Assembly (NCBI RefSeq): GCF_000009705.1
Contig: NC_003272.1
Coordinates: forward strand, 1,830,001 to 1,862,000
From: Nostoc sp. PCC 7120 = FACHB-418
GTDB taxonomy: Bacteria; Cyanobacteriota; Cyanobacteriia; Cyanobacteriales; Nostocaceae
DNA length: 32,000 nucleotides
Direction: 5' to 3'
Both the position numbers and the translations under genes were made by a program. This document shows positions 24,201 through 32,000 of this stretch, piece by piece. How positions within the stretch are numbered: the first letter of the stretch is position 1; the number at the start of each line of letters is the position of its first letter. Below the pieces are notes generated by a model, which saw only the letters and a list, made by a program, of their open reading frames with translations, was not told where the DNA came from and did not search any database.

Positions 24201-25610
24201 ATGGCACTGACTGAAAAAGATTTGAAAAACTTACCAGAAGATGGCATTGATTCAGAAAATCCTGGTAAATACCGAAATCTGCTGAATGATTTACAGGGTA
24301 ATATTCTGAAAGGACATGGACGAGATCATAGTGTTCATCTATTTTTACAATTCAAGCCTGAGCAAGTAGAAGTAGTTAAGCAGTGGATTCAGAGTTTTGC
24401 TCAAACTTATATAACCTCTGCAAAAAAGCAGGCAGATGAAGCGTTTAAATATAGACAAAAAGGCGTATCAGGAGATGTATTCGCTAACTTTTTCTTGTCT
24501 CGTCACGGATATGAATATTTAGAAATTGAACCGTTTCAAATACCTGGAGATAAGCCCTTTAGAATGGGTATGAAAAATGAAGAAATTAGAAGTTCCTTGG
24601 GTGATCCTAAAATTGCAACCTGGGAACTAGGATTTCAGAGTGAAATTCATGCCTTAGTTTTGATTGCCGATGATGACATTGTAGACTTATTACAAATTGT
24701 CAATCAAATAACGCAAAAGCTACGTCAAATAGCGGAAATTGTTCACCGAGAAGATGGATTTATTCTCAGAAATCAGGCTGGACAAATTATTGAACACTTT
24801 GGCTTTGTTGATGGTGTAAGTCAACCCTTGTTTATGAAACGAGACGTTGTGCGAGAGAGGGTGAACAACTGTGATTTTGATAAATGGGATCCGAAAGCTC
24901 CTTTGGATAGTATTTTAGTTGAAGATCCTAACGGGAACACAAAAGATAGCTATGGCAGTTATTTAGTCTACCGAAAACTCGAACAGAATGTGAAAGCATT
25001 CCGCGAAGATCAGCGTAAATTAGCTCAAAAATTAAACATTCAGGAAAATTTAGCTGGAGCGTTAATTGTAGGTCGTTTTGCTGATGGTACTCCAGTAACT
25101 CTTTCAGATATACCAACTTACGCAGTTACACCCACGAATAACTTTAATTATGATGGCGATTTAGCAGCAACTAAATGTCCATTTCATTCTCATACACGCA
25201 AGACTAATCCTCGTGGAGATACAGCTAGATTGCTAACTACTGATGGTCACTTTGATGAAGCATTTAAGGAAGAAAGAGGTCATAGAATTACTCGTCGGGC
25301 AGTGAGTTATGGCGAAAATAATCCGAGTAAAGAACCAGTTTCAGGTTCAGGATTACTGTTTCTTTGCTTTCAATCCAATATTGAAAATCAGTTTAATTTT
25401 ATGCAATCAAGATGGGCTAATCCTCAGAATTTTGTTCAGGTGAATACTGGCCCAGATCCGTTAATTGGTCAACCATCAGGAACTCAGAAATGGCCTAAAA
25501 AATGGGGTGAACCAGAAACAGAAGAATACAATTTTCAACTCTGGATAAATATGAAAGGTGGCGAGTATTTTTTCGCCCCTAGTATCAGTTTTTTGAAAAC
25601 ATTGGCATAG
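24201..25610 (+). CDS. DyP-type (dye-decolorizing) heme peroxidase
   Basis: 469 aa with GFVDGVSQP (the GxxDG motif), proximal-His region CPFHSHTRKTNPR, and LLFLCFQSNIENQFNFMQSRW. No obvious N-terminal signal peptide. Confidence 0.8.
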   Translation: MALTEKDLKNLPEDGIDSENPGKYRNLLNDLQGNILKGHGRDHSVHLFLQFKPEQVEVVKQWIQSFAQTYITSAKKQADEAFKYRQKGVSGDVFANFFLSRHGYEYLEIEPFQIPGDKPFRMGMKNEEIRSSLGDPKIATWELGFQSEIHALVLIADDDIVDLLQIVNQITQKLRQIAEIVHREDGFILRNQAGQIIEHFGFVDGVSQPLFMKRDVVRERVNNCDFDKWDPKAPLDSILVEDPNGNTKDSYGSYLVYRKLEQNVKAFREDQRKLAQKLNIQENLAGALIVGRFADGTPVTLSDIPTYAVTPTNNFNYDGDLAATKCPFHSHTRKTNPRGDTARLLTTDGHFDEAFKEERGHRITRRAVSYGENNPSKEPVSGSGLLFLCFQSNIENQFNFMQSRWANPQNFVQVNTGPDPLIGQPSGTQKWPKKWGEPETEEYNFQLWINMKGGEYFFAPSISFLKTLA

Positions 25611-25845
25611 TGAGACTATTTTTACTATGGAAAAAATTCTATCTGTCGTAGCTGTTTACAAGCGAATAGGAGACATTTTTATGCGAAATGCACCTGGGTA
25701 ATTTGAATGCAGATATCCCGAAATGTGCATTTCAGTCTATGTGATCCACTGGATCACAGGCAAAACCCGTACATTCACTTTCAAATTTGAATAGTCCATC
25801 AATACCAAGCTCAATTGTACTCACAAGGGAATACAACTCATCTAT

Positions 25846-28332
25846 ATGAAACGTTGGTTGTTAGTTAACTTAATTGCTCTTTGCTCGGTTTTGTTCTTAG
25901 GAACAAACGCTGCTTGGGCAGTCGGCGGTGGTATTGCACCAGGCGCACCGGGTGTTTCCTCTGTTTGGTCTTATGCTGGAAAGCAAGGCATTGGAACATC
26001 CTATGAACAGTATGTGAATAACAAATATAGCGATCGCGCTCCTACAAATGCCATCTCCAAGGTTTGGTTTTCGATTGCTCAAGGCATTGTGACGGAAACC
26101 GCTTATGGAGAAATCGATCGCGCCCAGATCAACGACTTACAATTTTTAGTCACAGGAAAAGGTTTTTTTGACGAAGAGAAGGTTGCTACCGAAAGCAAGG
26201 TGGACTATCTAGATAAAGATAGTGATGGTAGACCGCTTTCTCCCGCTTATCGTGTCATCAATACGGATAAAGAAGGCAAATACACTATTGAAAAGCACAT
26301 CTTTACCGATCCTGATCACCAAACCTTGTTTACAAAAGTGATCTTTACTGCGAATGAGGATAACATTACCCCCTACATTCTCATCAATCCTCACATGAAT
26401 AATACTGGCAAAGAAGATGTAGCTTTTGTCAAAAGCGATAGTCTCAATGCTAGGGAAGGAGAAATTGTTTATCTCAGTTTGAAGAGTTCATTACCTTTTG
26501 TGAAAACCTCAGCTGGATATGTAGCTCGTAGTGACGGCTATCAAGATTTAAAAGACAACGGGGTGATGGACTGGACTTATGACTACACTGATCAGAGCAA
26601 GCCGGGGAGTGTAGCTATGATAGGTCAACTGCCTGCCCTCAGTAAAGGACAAACTTCCACCTTTAATATTGCTGTAGGCTTTGGCAGCACCTATGAAGCA
26701 GCAACTGAACAAGCCGATGCTTCTTTAAAAGAAGGTTACGAAAGTCTGTTAGCAAAATACAACGGCAAAGGCAACGCTGTAGGATGGGAAGATTATCTAG
26801 CAAGTCTTAGCAATCTGCCGGCCATGATTGCCAACACTGGTGACAAGGGGAAACAGCTATATGCTAGTGCTTTCACCCTCAAAAGTATGGAAGATAAAGA
26901 AAATCCAGGGGCTTTAATTGCTTCTTTATCCGTTCCTTGGGGAGATACTGTGAACGCAGACACCTTTGCCACAGGCTATCGAGCGGTTTGGCCGAGAGAC
27001 TTTTATCAAGCGGCGATGGCGTTGTTAGCTTTAGGAGATAAAGAAACTCCTTTAACGGCTTTTAAATACCTCCCACAAGTACAAGTGCAATCAGATACAC
27101 TAGGTAACTCTGGGGCTACAGGCTGGTTTTTACAAAAAACTCACGTTGATGGAACCTTGGAATGGCTGGGAGTGCAGTTAGATCAAACTGCTATGCCCAT
27201 TATGTTGGGTTGGAAATTGTGGAAAGCCGGAGTCTTGTCGGATGGTGAAATCACTCAGCAATATCGCACGATGTTGAAACCTGCCGCAGAATTTCTGGCT
27301 AATGGCGGTAATGTCAATATACATACCTCTAATCAAGCAAACAACCGCAAGATAAATCCACCAAGCACTCATCAAGAACGATGGGAAGAACAATCAGGAT
27401 ATTCCCCCTCTACAACGGCTGCGATTATTACTGGGTTAGTTGCGGCAGCTGATATTGCTGAAAATGCAGCTGATGATCCTGGTGCAGCCGCATTCTATTT
27501 CAGTAAAGCAGATGAATATCAAAAGAATGTGGATAAATTTATGTTTACCACAACTGGAGATGTTAAGAACTGTAATGGCTCTAGTGAATATCTTCTGAGA
27601 GTTACCCCTAATGCAGATCCTAACGATGGAAGTCGCATCCACGACAACAATAGTTTACTAGAAGCGGATGAACGCCAGATTTTAGATGGTGGTTTCTTGG
27701 AACTGGTACGTTATGGAGTCAGAAAAGGAGATGATGCTCACATTGCTGCCAGTGTTTGCGCCTTGGATAATATCAACCTCTCAGAAGCTTTAAGGGTTAG
27801 GTATGACATAGCTTTTGATGGTAAAAAGTATCCAGGATTCCGACGTTATGGCAATGATGGCTATGGTGAACAAATCAACGATGGTAGTAACTTTCGGGAT
27901 ATTGATGACGGACAGAAAAAAGATCGCAGAGGAAGGATTTGGCCGTTCTTCACTGGTGAACGTGGTCATTATGAACTTGAGTTAGCTAAAGCTAAACATG
28001 GAGGAACTATTAGCGATCAAGAGGTTGCTAAACTACGGGATACTTATGTACGAGCAATGGAATATTTTGCTAACGAAAGTCTCATGCTTCCTGAACAAGT
28101 GTGGGATGGTGTTGGTGCTAATACTGCTCATAAATACATCACTGGTGAAGGAACGAATAGCGCCACACCTTTAGCTTGGGCGCACGCCGAATATATCAAG
28201 TTAGTCAAATCTTTGACTGATAAGAATGTTTGGGATTCCTACCCCATTGTTCAGGCAAGATACCAATCTTCCGAATCTCTGAGTGCATTAAGCTCTCATC
28301 CGAATGACACGAAGATAAGTGCAAATCCTTAA
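25846..28332 (+). CDS. Secreted glycoside hydrolase family 15 (glucoamylase/glucodextranase-like)
   Basis: 828 aa. Signal peptide LLVNLIALCSVLFLGTNAAWA. An N-terminal beta-sandwich region is followed by an (alpha/alpha)6 region with YRAVWPRDFYQAAMAL, HQERWEEQSGYSPSTTA (catalytic WEE context) and LMLPEQVWDG ... TPLAWAHAEYIKL. Confidence 0.75.
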   Translation: MKRWLLVNLIALCSVLFLGTNAAWAVGGGIAPGAPGVSSVWSYAGKQGIGTSYEQYVNNKYSDRAPTNAISKVWFSIAQGIVTETAYGEIDRAQINDLQFLVTGKGFFDEEKVATESKVDYLDKDSDGRPLSPAYRVINTDKEGKYTIEKHIFTDPDHQTLFTKVIFTANEDNITPYILINPHMNNTGKEDVAFVKSDSLNAREGEIVYLSLKSSLPFVKTSAGYVARSDGYQDLKDNGVMDWTYDYTDQSKPGSVAMIGQLPALSKGQTSTFNIAVGFGSTYEAATEQADASLKEGYESLLAKYNGKGNAVGWEDYLASLSNLPAMIANTGDKGKQLYASAFTLKSMEDKENPGALIASLSVPWGDTVNADTFATGYRAVWPRDFYQAAMALLALGDKETPLTAFKYLPQVQVQSDTLGNSGATGWFLQKTHVDGTLEWLGVQLDQTAMPIMLGWKLWKAGVLSDGEITQQYRTMLKPAAEFLANGGNVNIHTSNQANNRKINPPSTHQERWEEQSGYSPSTTAAIITGLVAAADIAENAADDPGAAAFYFSKADEYQKNVDKFMFTTTGDVKNCNGSSEYLLRVTPNADPNDGSRIHDNNSLLEADERQILDGGFLELVRYGVRKGDDAHIAASVCALDNINLSEALRVRYDIAFDGKKYPGFRRYGNDGYGEQINDGSNFRDIDDGQKKDRRGRIWPFFTGERGHYELELAKAKHGGTISDQEVAKLRDTYVRAMEYFANESLMLPEQVWDGVGANTAHKYITGEGTNSATPLAWAHAEYIKLVKSLTDKNVWDSYPIVQARYQSSESLSALSSHPNDTKISANP

Positions 28333-28347
28333 GATGTAGGGGTGTAA

Positions 28348-28405
28348 GGATGTAGGGGTTTAGGGGTTCAATACAAAAAACCTACTCTTGAAAGCCCCTA
28401 CATCC
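28348..28405. terminator. Long hairpin in a convergent intergenic region (possible bidirectional terminator)
   Basis: GGATGTAGGGG (28348-28358) pairs perfectly with CCCCTACATCC (28395-28405) across a 36-nt loop. An extra direct copy, GATGTAGGGG at 28333-28342, could pair alternatively. Starts 16 nt after the GH15 stop. Confidence 0.4.
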
Positions 28406-28552
28406 AGTTATACCAATTTGAAAAAGAATGCGACAAATAAACCATCTGTAGACAGGCGATTCATCGCGTCTTCACCCAAGGATGTGTTGCAATCATTAAT
28501 TGAATTGTTATTACACTAAGGTTTCACGTTTACACGCGTCACATTCAGCATA

Positions 28553-28584
28553 ATTTAACATCAATCCCTATCAGGGATAGCACA
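28553..28584 (+). repeat. Degenerate solitary copy of the CRISPR repeat
   Basis: AATCCCTATCAGGGAT (28563-28578) is identical to the core of the array repeat. The flanks partly match: TTAACA at 28555-28560, and G/A matches after the core. About 24 of 32 aligned positions match. Same orientation as the array. Confidence 0.6.
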
Positions 28585-28600
28585 ATAGCTTAGATCCAAA

Positions 28601-30655
28601 CTACTGCCCATTAATAATAGTTGAAGGCTCAAATTGCTCAGGCTGAGGCTGAGGTGCAGGATTGAGAAATTGCTGCCAAATTTTAATTTGTTCCTGCGCC
28701 GCACTATAGGCAGAACTACTGCGTGGAATCAACCGAGCAGTTTCGATCGCCTTAGACATATCAGAACTACCCTCAGAACGAGCAATATCTAGTATTTGCT
28801 GACCCCATTGATCAATAGCTACATTTGCATCCATCCGCAAAATACTATTATTAGATACCTGATTGGCTATGCGTATTGCTTCCGCTAGAGCTTGTGAAGT
28901 ACCAGCCGCCGCCACTTCCCTGGCGCGATTCCAGTTATCTCTGGCGCGAATTTGCGATCGCCAGTCATCAATTGCAGTTTGTGCTTCCCCAGACAGCGCC
29001 CGTCCGGAGGATGCTATGGTTTGAGCTGCATTAATCGCCGCCGATAAATCACCCCGTGCTGCAAATTCCCGTGCTTGATCTAAATAAGGCTGGTCTTGAA
29101 TGCGCTGTACCTTACCTACCCAAGTTCTAATTCTTCTACGTGCTTCTGGATATAAAGCCCGACCTTGACGAATTTGACCAGCTTCCGCGATCGCTGCCTG
29201 CAAAGAGTTAACATCGTCTAACAAGGCAATTTGTTCCGCCCGATCCAAATATGGTCTATCTTCGATAGTTTCAACTTGCGACTGCCAACGGTTGATATTT
29301 TGTCTAGCTTCCGAACCACGAGGATTACCACCAGGAATCATCTGTGCTTCTGCAATCGCCGCTACTAGGTCATTGATTGTACCTTGATTCGCTAATCCCT
29401 GCGCCCTTTCTAGACGGGCAACATCTTCAATTTCCAACTGCCAACGGCTAATTAACTGTTGAGCCTGATCATAGTTTGGTCGAGACGCGTTAATTTGTTG
29501 TGCCTGACTAATTGCCGTTTCCAAACCTGCAATATTACCCAACCAAGCGTTCCTTTGAGCATCACCCAAAGCCATAAAATCTTCAACTTCCGCTTGCAAT
29601 CCAGTACTTTCAGGGATTTGCCTAGCAATTTCTAAAGCTGTATCTGCATCCCGTGCATCCATCTTTGCCTGTGCCAACTCCAGCATCTTGCGTCCAAACG
29701 CGGGAATTGATTCTTGGGCTTTGCGATACAAGTAACTTTTCTGCTCAATCGACTCAGCCAGTTTAATTGCTTCTAGTAAATTATCTACAACTTTACTATT
29801 AGCCAATCTTTGGGCTTTGTCTAACTTGTCCACATCCTCCTTGGATGAGGTGATAATGTCGTTGAGTTGGTCGTATTTGGCGCTTGCCCAATATTTATTA
29901 TCTACACGCAGTAATTGAGAAGCGACCATGAACGCCGATTGCCAGCGTTGTTGCCGCAGTTCCTCTTCTGCTTCCGTGTATATGCCTTGAGCTTGGTTCC
30001 AAATCGTTTGCCACTTGCTGATTTGTTCATCTACCAATTTATAAACTTTCAGGTCTTGAGGTATTTTTTTGGCTGTAGCGATCGCCTGTTCTAAATTCCC
30101 TGCCTGAAAACTCTCGTCTGCTAATTCTAAAACATCCCGCGACCAGTCTTCTAAAAACCTGTCAGCTTCGCCCCGCAGTGGGTGATCTTGTGGCAGTTGC
30201 TTGACTAAAGCGATCGCTTGCAACAAGTCATCAACCGTTTGTTTAGAAGCTGCCAATTGAGCGCAATGTATCCGCACTGAAGCACTTGCCAAAGGCCAAA
30301 ACATCGCCGGACAGTTAGGCGCAGATGGCAACTTCAGCAACATTGCCATTGCCAGAAACCCGATACCACCAGGAAGGAGCGTTAACAATAAAGCCCAACC
30401 CACCCAACCCTGCATCCAGCGAGGCAACTTAACAAAACTTTTTTTCGTAATATTAGTTACTGGCGATTGCTGATTTATAGGTAATTCTTCGGTAGTATAA
30501 TCTATTCGTTGCCTCACCGTATTAGCAGAACCAGGAGCCGGGACACCAAATGCTTGGGTATCACCGACTTGTGGCGATCGGGACACACCATCTATCTCAT
30601 CTGGTTTTCTTCCTCTGGTTGGATGCCAACTTTCTGGGATATCCCGCTCTGTCAT
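28601..30655 (-). CDS. Membrane-anchored protein composed of about 10 tandem helical repeats, function unknown
   Basis: 684 aa. One TM helix (GWVGWALLLTLLPGGIGFLAMAMLL, about aa 83-108). Then repeated ~50-60-aa units of the form (D/N)L..AI..A..I........A...I..W(Q/R). Confidence 0.7.
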   Translation of the reverse strand: MTERDIPESWHPTRGRKPDEIDGVSRSPQVGDTQAFGVPAPGSANTVRQRIDYTTEELPINQQSPVTNITKKSFVKLPRWMQGWVGWALLLTLLPGGIGFLAMAMLLKLPSAPNCPAMFWPLASASVRIHCAQLAASKQTVDDLLQAIALVKQLPQDHPLRGEADRFLEDWSRDVLELADESFQAGNLEQAIATAKKIPQDLKVYKLVDEQISKWQTIWNQAQGIYTEAEEELRQQRWQSAFMVASQLLRVDNKYWASAKYDQLNDIITSSKEDVDKLDKAQRLANSKVVDNLLEAIKLAESIEQKSYLYRKAQESIPAFGRKMLELAQAKMDARDADTALEIARQIPESTGLQAEVEDFMALGDAQRNAWLGNIAGLETAISQAQQINASRPNYDQAQQLISRWQLEIEDVARLERAQGLANQGTINDLVAAIAEAQMIPGGNPRGSEARQNINRWQSQVETIEDRPYLDRAEQIALLDDVNSLQAAIAEAGQIRQGRALYPEARRRIRTWVGKVQRIQDQPYLDQAREFAARGDLSAAINAAQTIASSGRALSGEAQTAIDDWRSQIRARDNWNRAREVAAAGTSQALAEAIRIANQVSNNSILRMDANVAIDQWGQQILDIARSEGSSDMSKAIETARLIPRSSSAYSAAQEQIKIWQQFLNPAPQPQPEQFEPSTIINGQ

Positions 30656-30807
30656 CTCTCACACCAAAATAGTTGAATAGCGATCTGTTTTAGAATGATA
30701 ATGCTATTTTTGCCATAGTAACTTTCTCATAATTTAAAAGCTACTTGTTACATTATCTTTCCTTTAAATACCATTAATAATTAGTAGATCCAGATCCCTT
30801 TTATACA

Positions 30808-31713
30808 TTAACCCGACACAGAAGACTCAGTTTGCAAATCCACAATTAATTGAGCGAGATGCTCACTGCTTGCTTGATAAACCCTGCCACAAAAATCGCA
30901 AGTTGCTTCAGCTCCATCATCTTTAACAATCATATCTTGTAATTCGGCTTCTCCCAACATCTTTAATGCTCCTAACACGCGATCAAATGAGCAACCGCAA
31001 TGGAAGCGCAGTATTTGGCTTTCGGGAAAAATCGTCAGCCCCATATCACCCAGCAAATCATGAAAAATTTCCGGCAAAGTTTTACCTGCTTGCAACAACG
31101 GCGTAAACCCTGACAAAGCCCCCACCCGCGATTCTAGTTTTGCCACTAAAGCTTCATCTCTAGCCGCTTTCGGCAACACCTGTACCAGCAAACCGCCAGC
31201 CGCCGTTACACCACTAGCCCCAACAAACACCCCTAACATCAACGCCGAAGGTGTTTGCTCAGAAGTCACGAGGTAATGAGCCACATCATCACCAATTTCA
31301 CCAGAAACCAGTTCTACCGTACTAGAGTAAGGGTAGCCATAACCAATATCTCTGACAACATAGAGATAACCATTTCCTACCGCGCCACCCACATCTAATT
31401 TACCCTTGGCATTGGGAGGCAATTCTATATGTGGATTGCCTACATAACCGCGCACCGTCCCATCCAAACCAGCATCTACCAAAATCCCAGCCAAAGGCCC
31501 ATCACCCTTCACCCGGACGTTTACCCTAGAACCAACTCGTTTCATGCCAGAAGCCATTAGCAAGCCAGCCGCCATCGTCCGTCCCAGAGCAGCCGTAGCC
31601 ACATAAGAAAGCTTGTGACGCTGCCGTGCTTCTTCCGTCAACCGTGTGGTAATCACACCCACTGCACGAATTCCGCCATCGGCTGCTGTGGCGCGAATTA
31701 ATTGATCCGCCAT
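30808..31713 (-). CDS. hslO: Hsp33 redox-regulated chaperone
   Basis: The ATG at 31713 (MADQLIRATA...) is preferred over the TTG at 31728. Hsp33-type N-domain (IRAVGVITTRLTEEARQRH, ATAALGRTMAAGLLM) and C-terminal zinc centre CGCSFDRV ... CDFCGRVY. Confidence 0.9.
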   Translation of the reverse strand: MADQLIRATAADGGIRAVGVITTRLTEEARQRHKLSYVATAALGRTMAAGLLMASGMKRVGSRVNVRVKGDGPLAGILVDAGLDGTVRGYVGNPHIELPPNAKGKLDVGGAVGNGYLYVVRDIGYGYPYSSTVELVSGEIGDDVAHYLVTSEQTPSALMLGVFVGASGVTAAGGLLVQVLPKAARDEALVAKLESRVGALSGFTPLLQAGKTLPEIFHDLLGDMGLTIFPESQILRFHCGCSFDRVLGALKMLGEAELQDMIVKDDGAEATCDFCGRVYQASSEHLAQLIVDLQTESSVSG

Positions 31714-31862
31714 GAAGAACCTTACCAATAATAATTTCTTAACAAATGCTCTGGCTGTTAAGCTAGAGGCACAAAAATAATTATCCTATTATAACAAAAC
31801 TTAACTTATACAGAACTTACGCAAGCATCCACAGTTAAAGATGTTTTATGATGAGCGGCTTT

Positions 31863-31883
31863 GGTAATTGGTAATAGGTAATC
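31863..31883. repeat. Heptamer tandem repeat (GGTAATN x3)
   Basis: ggtaatt ggtaata ggtaatc read directly in the region upstream of hslO. Confidence 0.8.
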
Positions 31884-32000
31884 AAGTTGTTGATCTGTGA
31901 TTTAGGATGGCTATAGAAACCCATATTCATCCCGCTTTTACAAATGCTAGGTAATTTTCAACAAAGCCAACTGCGAATCGAAATTGTAGCATCAGCAAAC

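Noticed and set aside
25897-27642. Short minus-strand ORFs inside the GH15 gene
   Set aside because: They are antisense within an 828-aa gene with GH15 catalytic-domain motifs.
31729-32000. Possible tRNA or small gene at the 3' end of the window
   Set aside because: I could not fold a cloverleaf. The only ATG-initiated frame (about 31908) stops after 15 codons. I treat the region as the hslO upstream region with a heptamer repeat.

Overview
The window looks like chromosomal DNA from a filamentous Nostoc/Anabaena-type cyanobacterium. I infer this from 17 perfect HIP1 palindromes (GCGATCGC), STRR-like heptamer tandem repeats in intergenic spacers, and the gene content. There are four blocks. 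(i) 1-7723, + strand: the 3' part of a CRISPR-Cas locus. It holds a Cas3-like helicase (runs off the 5' edge), an embedded 2OG-Fe(II) oxygenase-like gene, cas6, cas4, cas1, a cas2 split after codon 3 by a 1028-bp IS982-like element, a 256-bp leader, and an array of 13 identical 37-bp repeats. No effector-complex genes are in the window, so the subtype cannot be assigned. (ii) 7761-12820: the most interesting part. A minus-strand SLOG (TRPM/LSDAT-like) + SLATT/DUF4231 two-gene operon ends 37 bp from the last CRISPR repeat. It is divergent from a 1047-aa protein with three tandem TIR domains fused to a transmembrane CHASE2 sensor. Together these read as a Thoeris-like module (TIR signal producer, SLOG sensor, 2TM effector) in a combination I do not recognise as characterised. 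(iii) 13958-28332, + strand: a cluster of redox and carbohydrate enzymes, several predicted to be exported. These are a GMC oxidoreductase, a ferritin-like protein, a small subunit-like protein, a pentapeptide-repeat protein, an IolE-like TIM barrel, two NTF2-like proteins, a second TIM barrel, a galactose-oxidase-type copper radical oxidase next to a DyP peroxidase, and a GH15 glucoamylase-like protein. (iv) 28601-31713, minus strand: a membrane-anchored protein built of about 10 helical repeats, then Hsp33 (hslO). Other items are a MITE-like element, a degenerate orphan copy of the CRISPR repeat about 21 kb from the array, and several hairpins. All calls come from reading motifs in the supplied translations and the DNA; no database search was possible.
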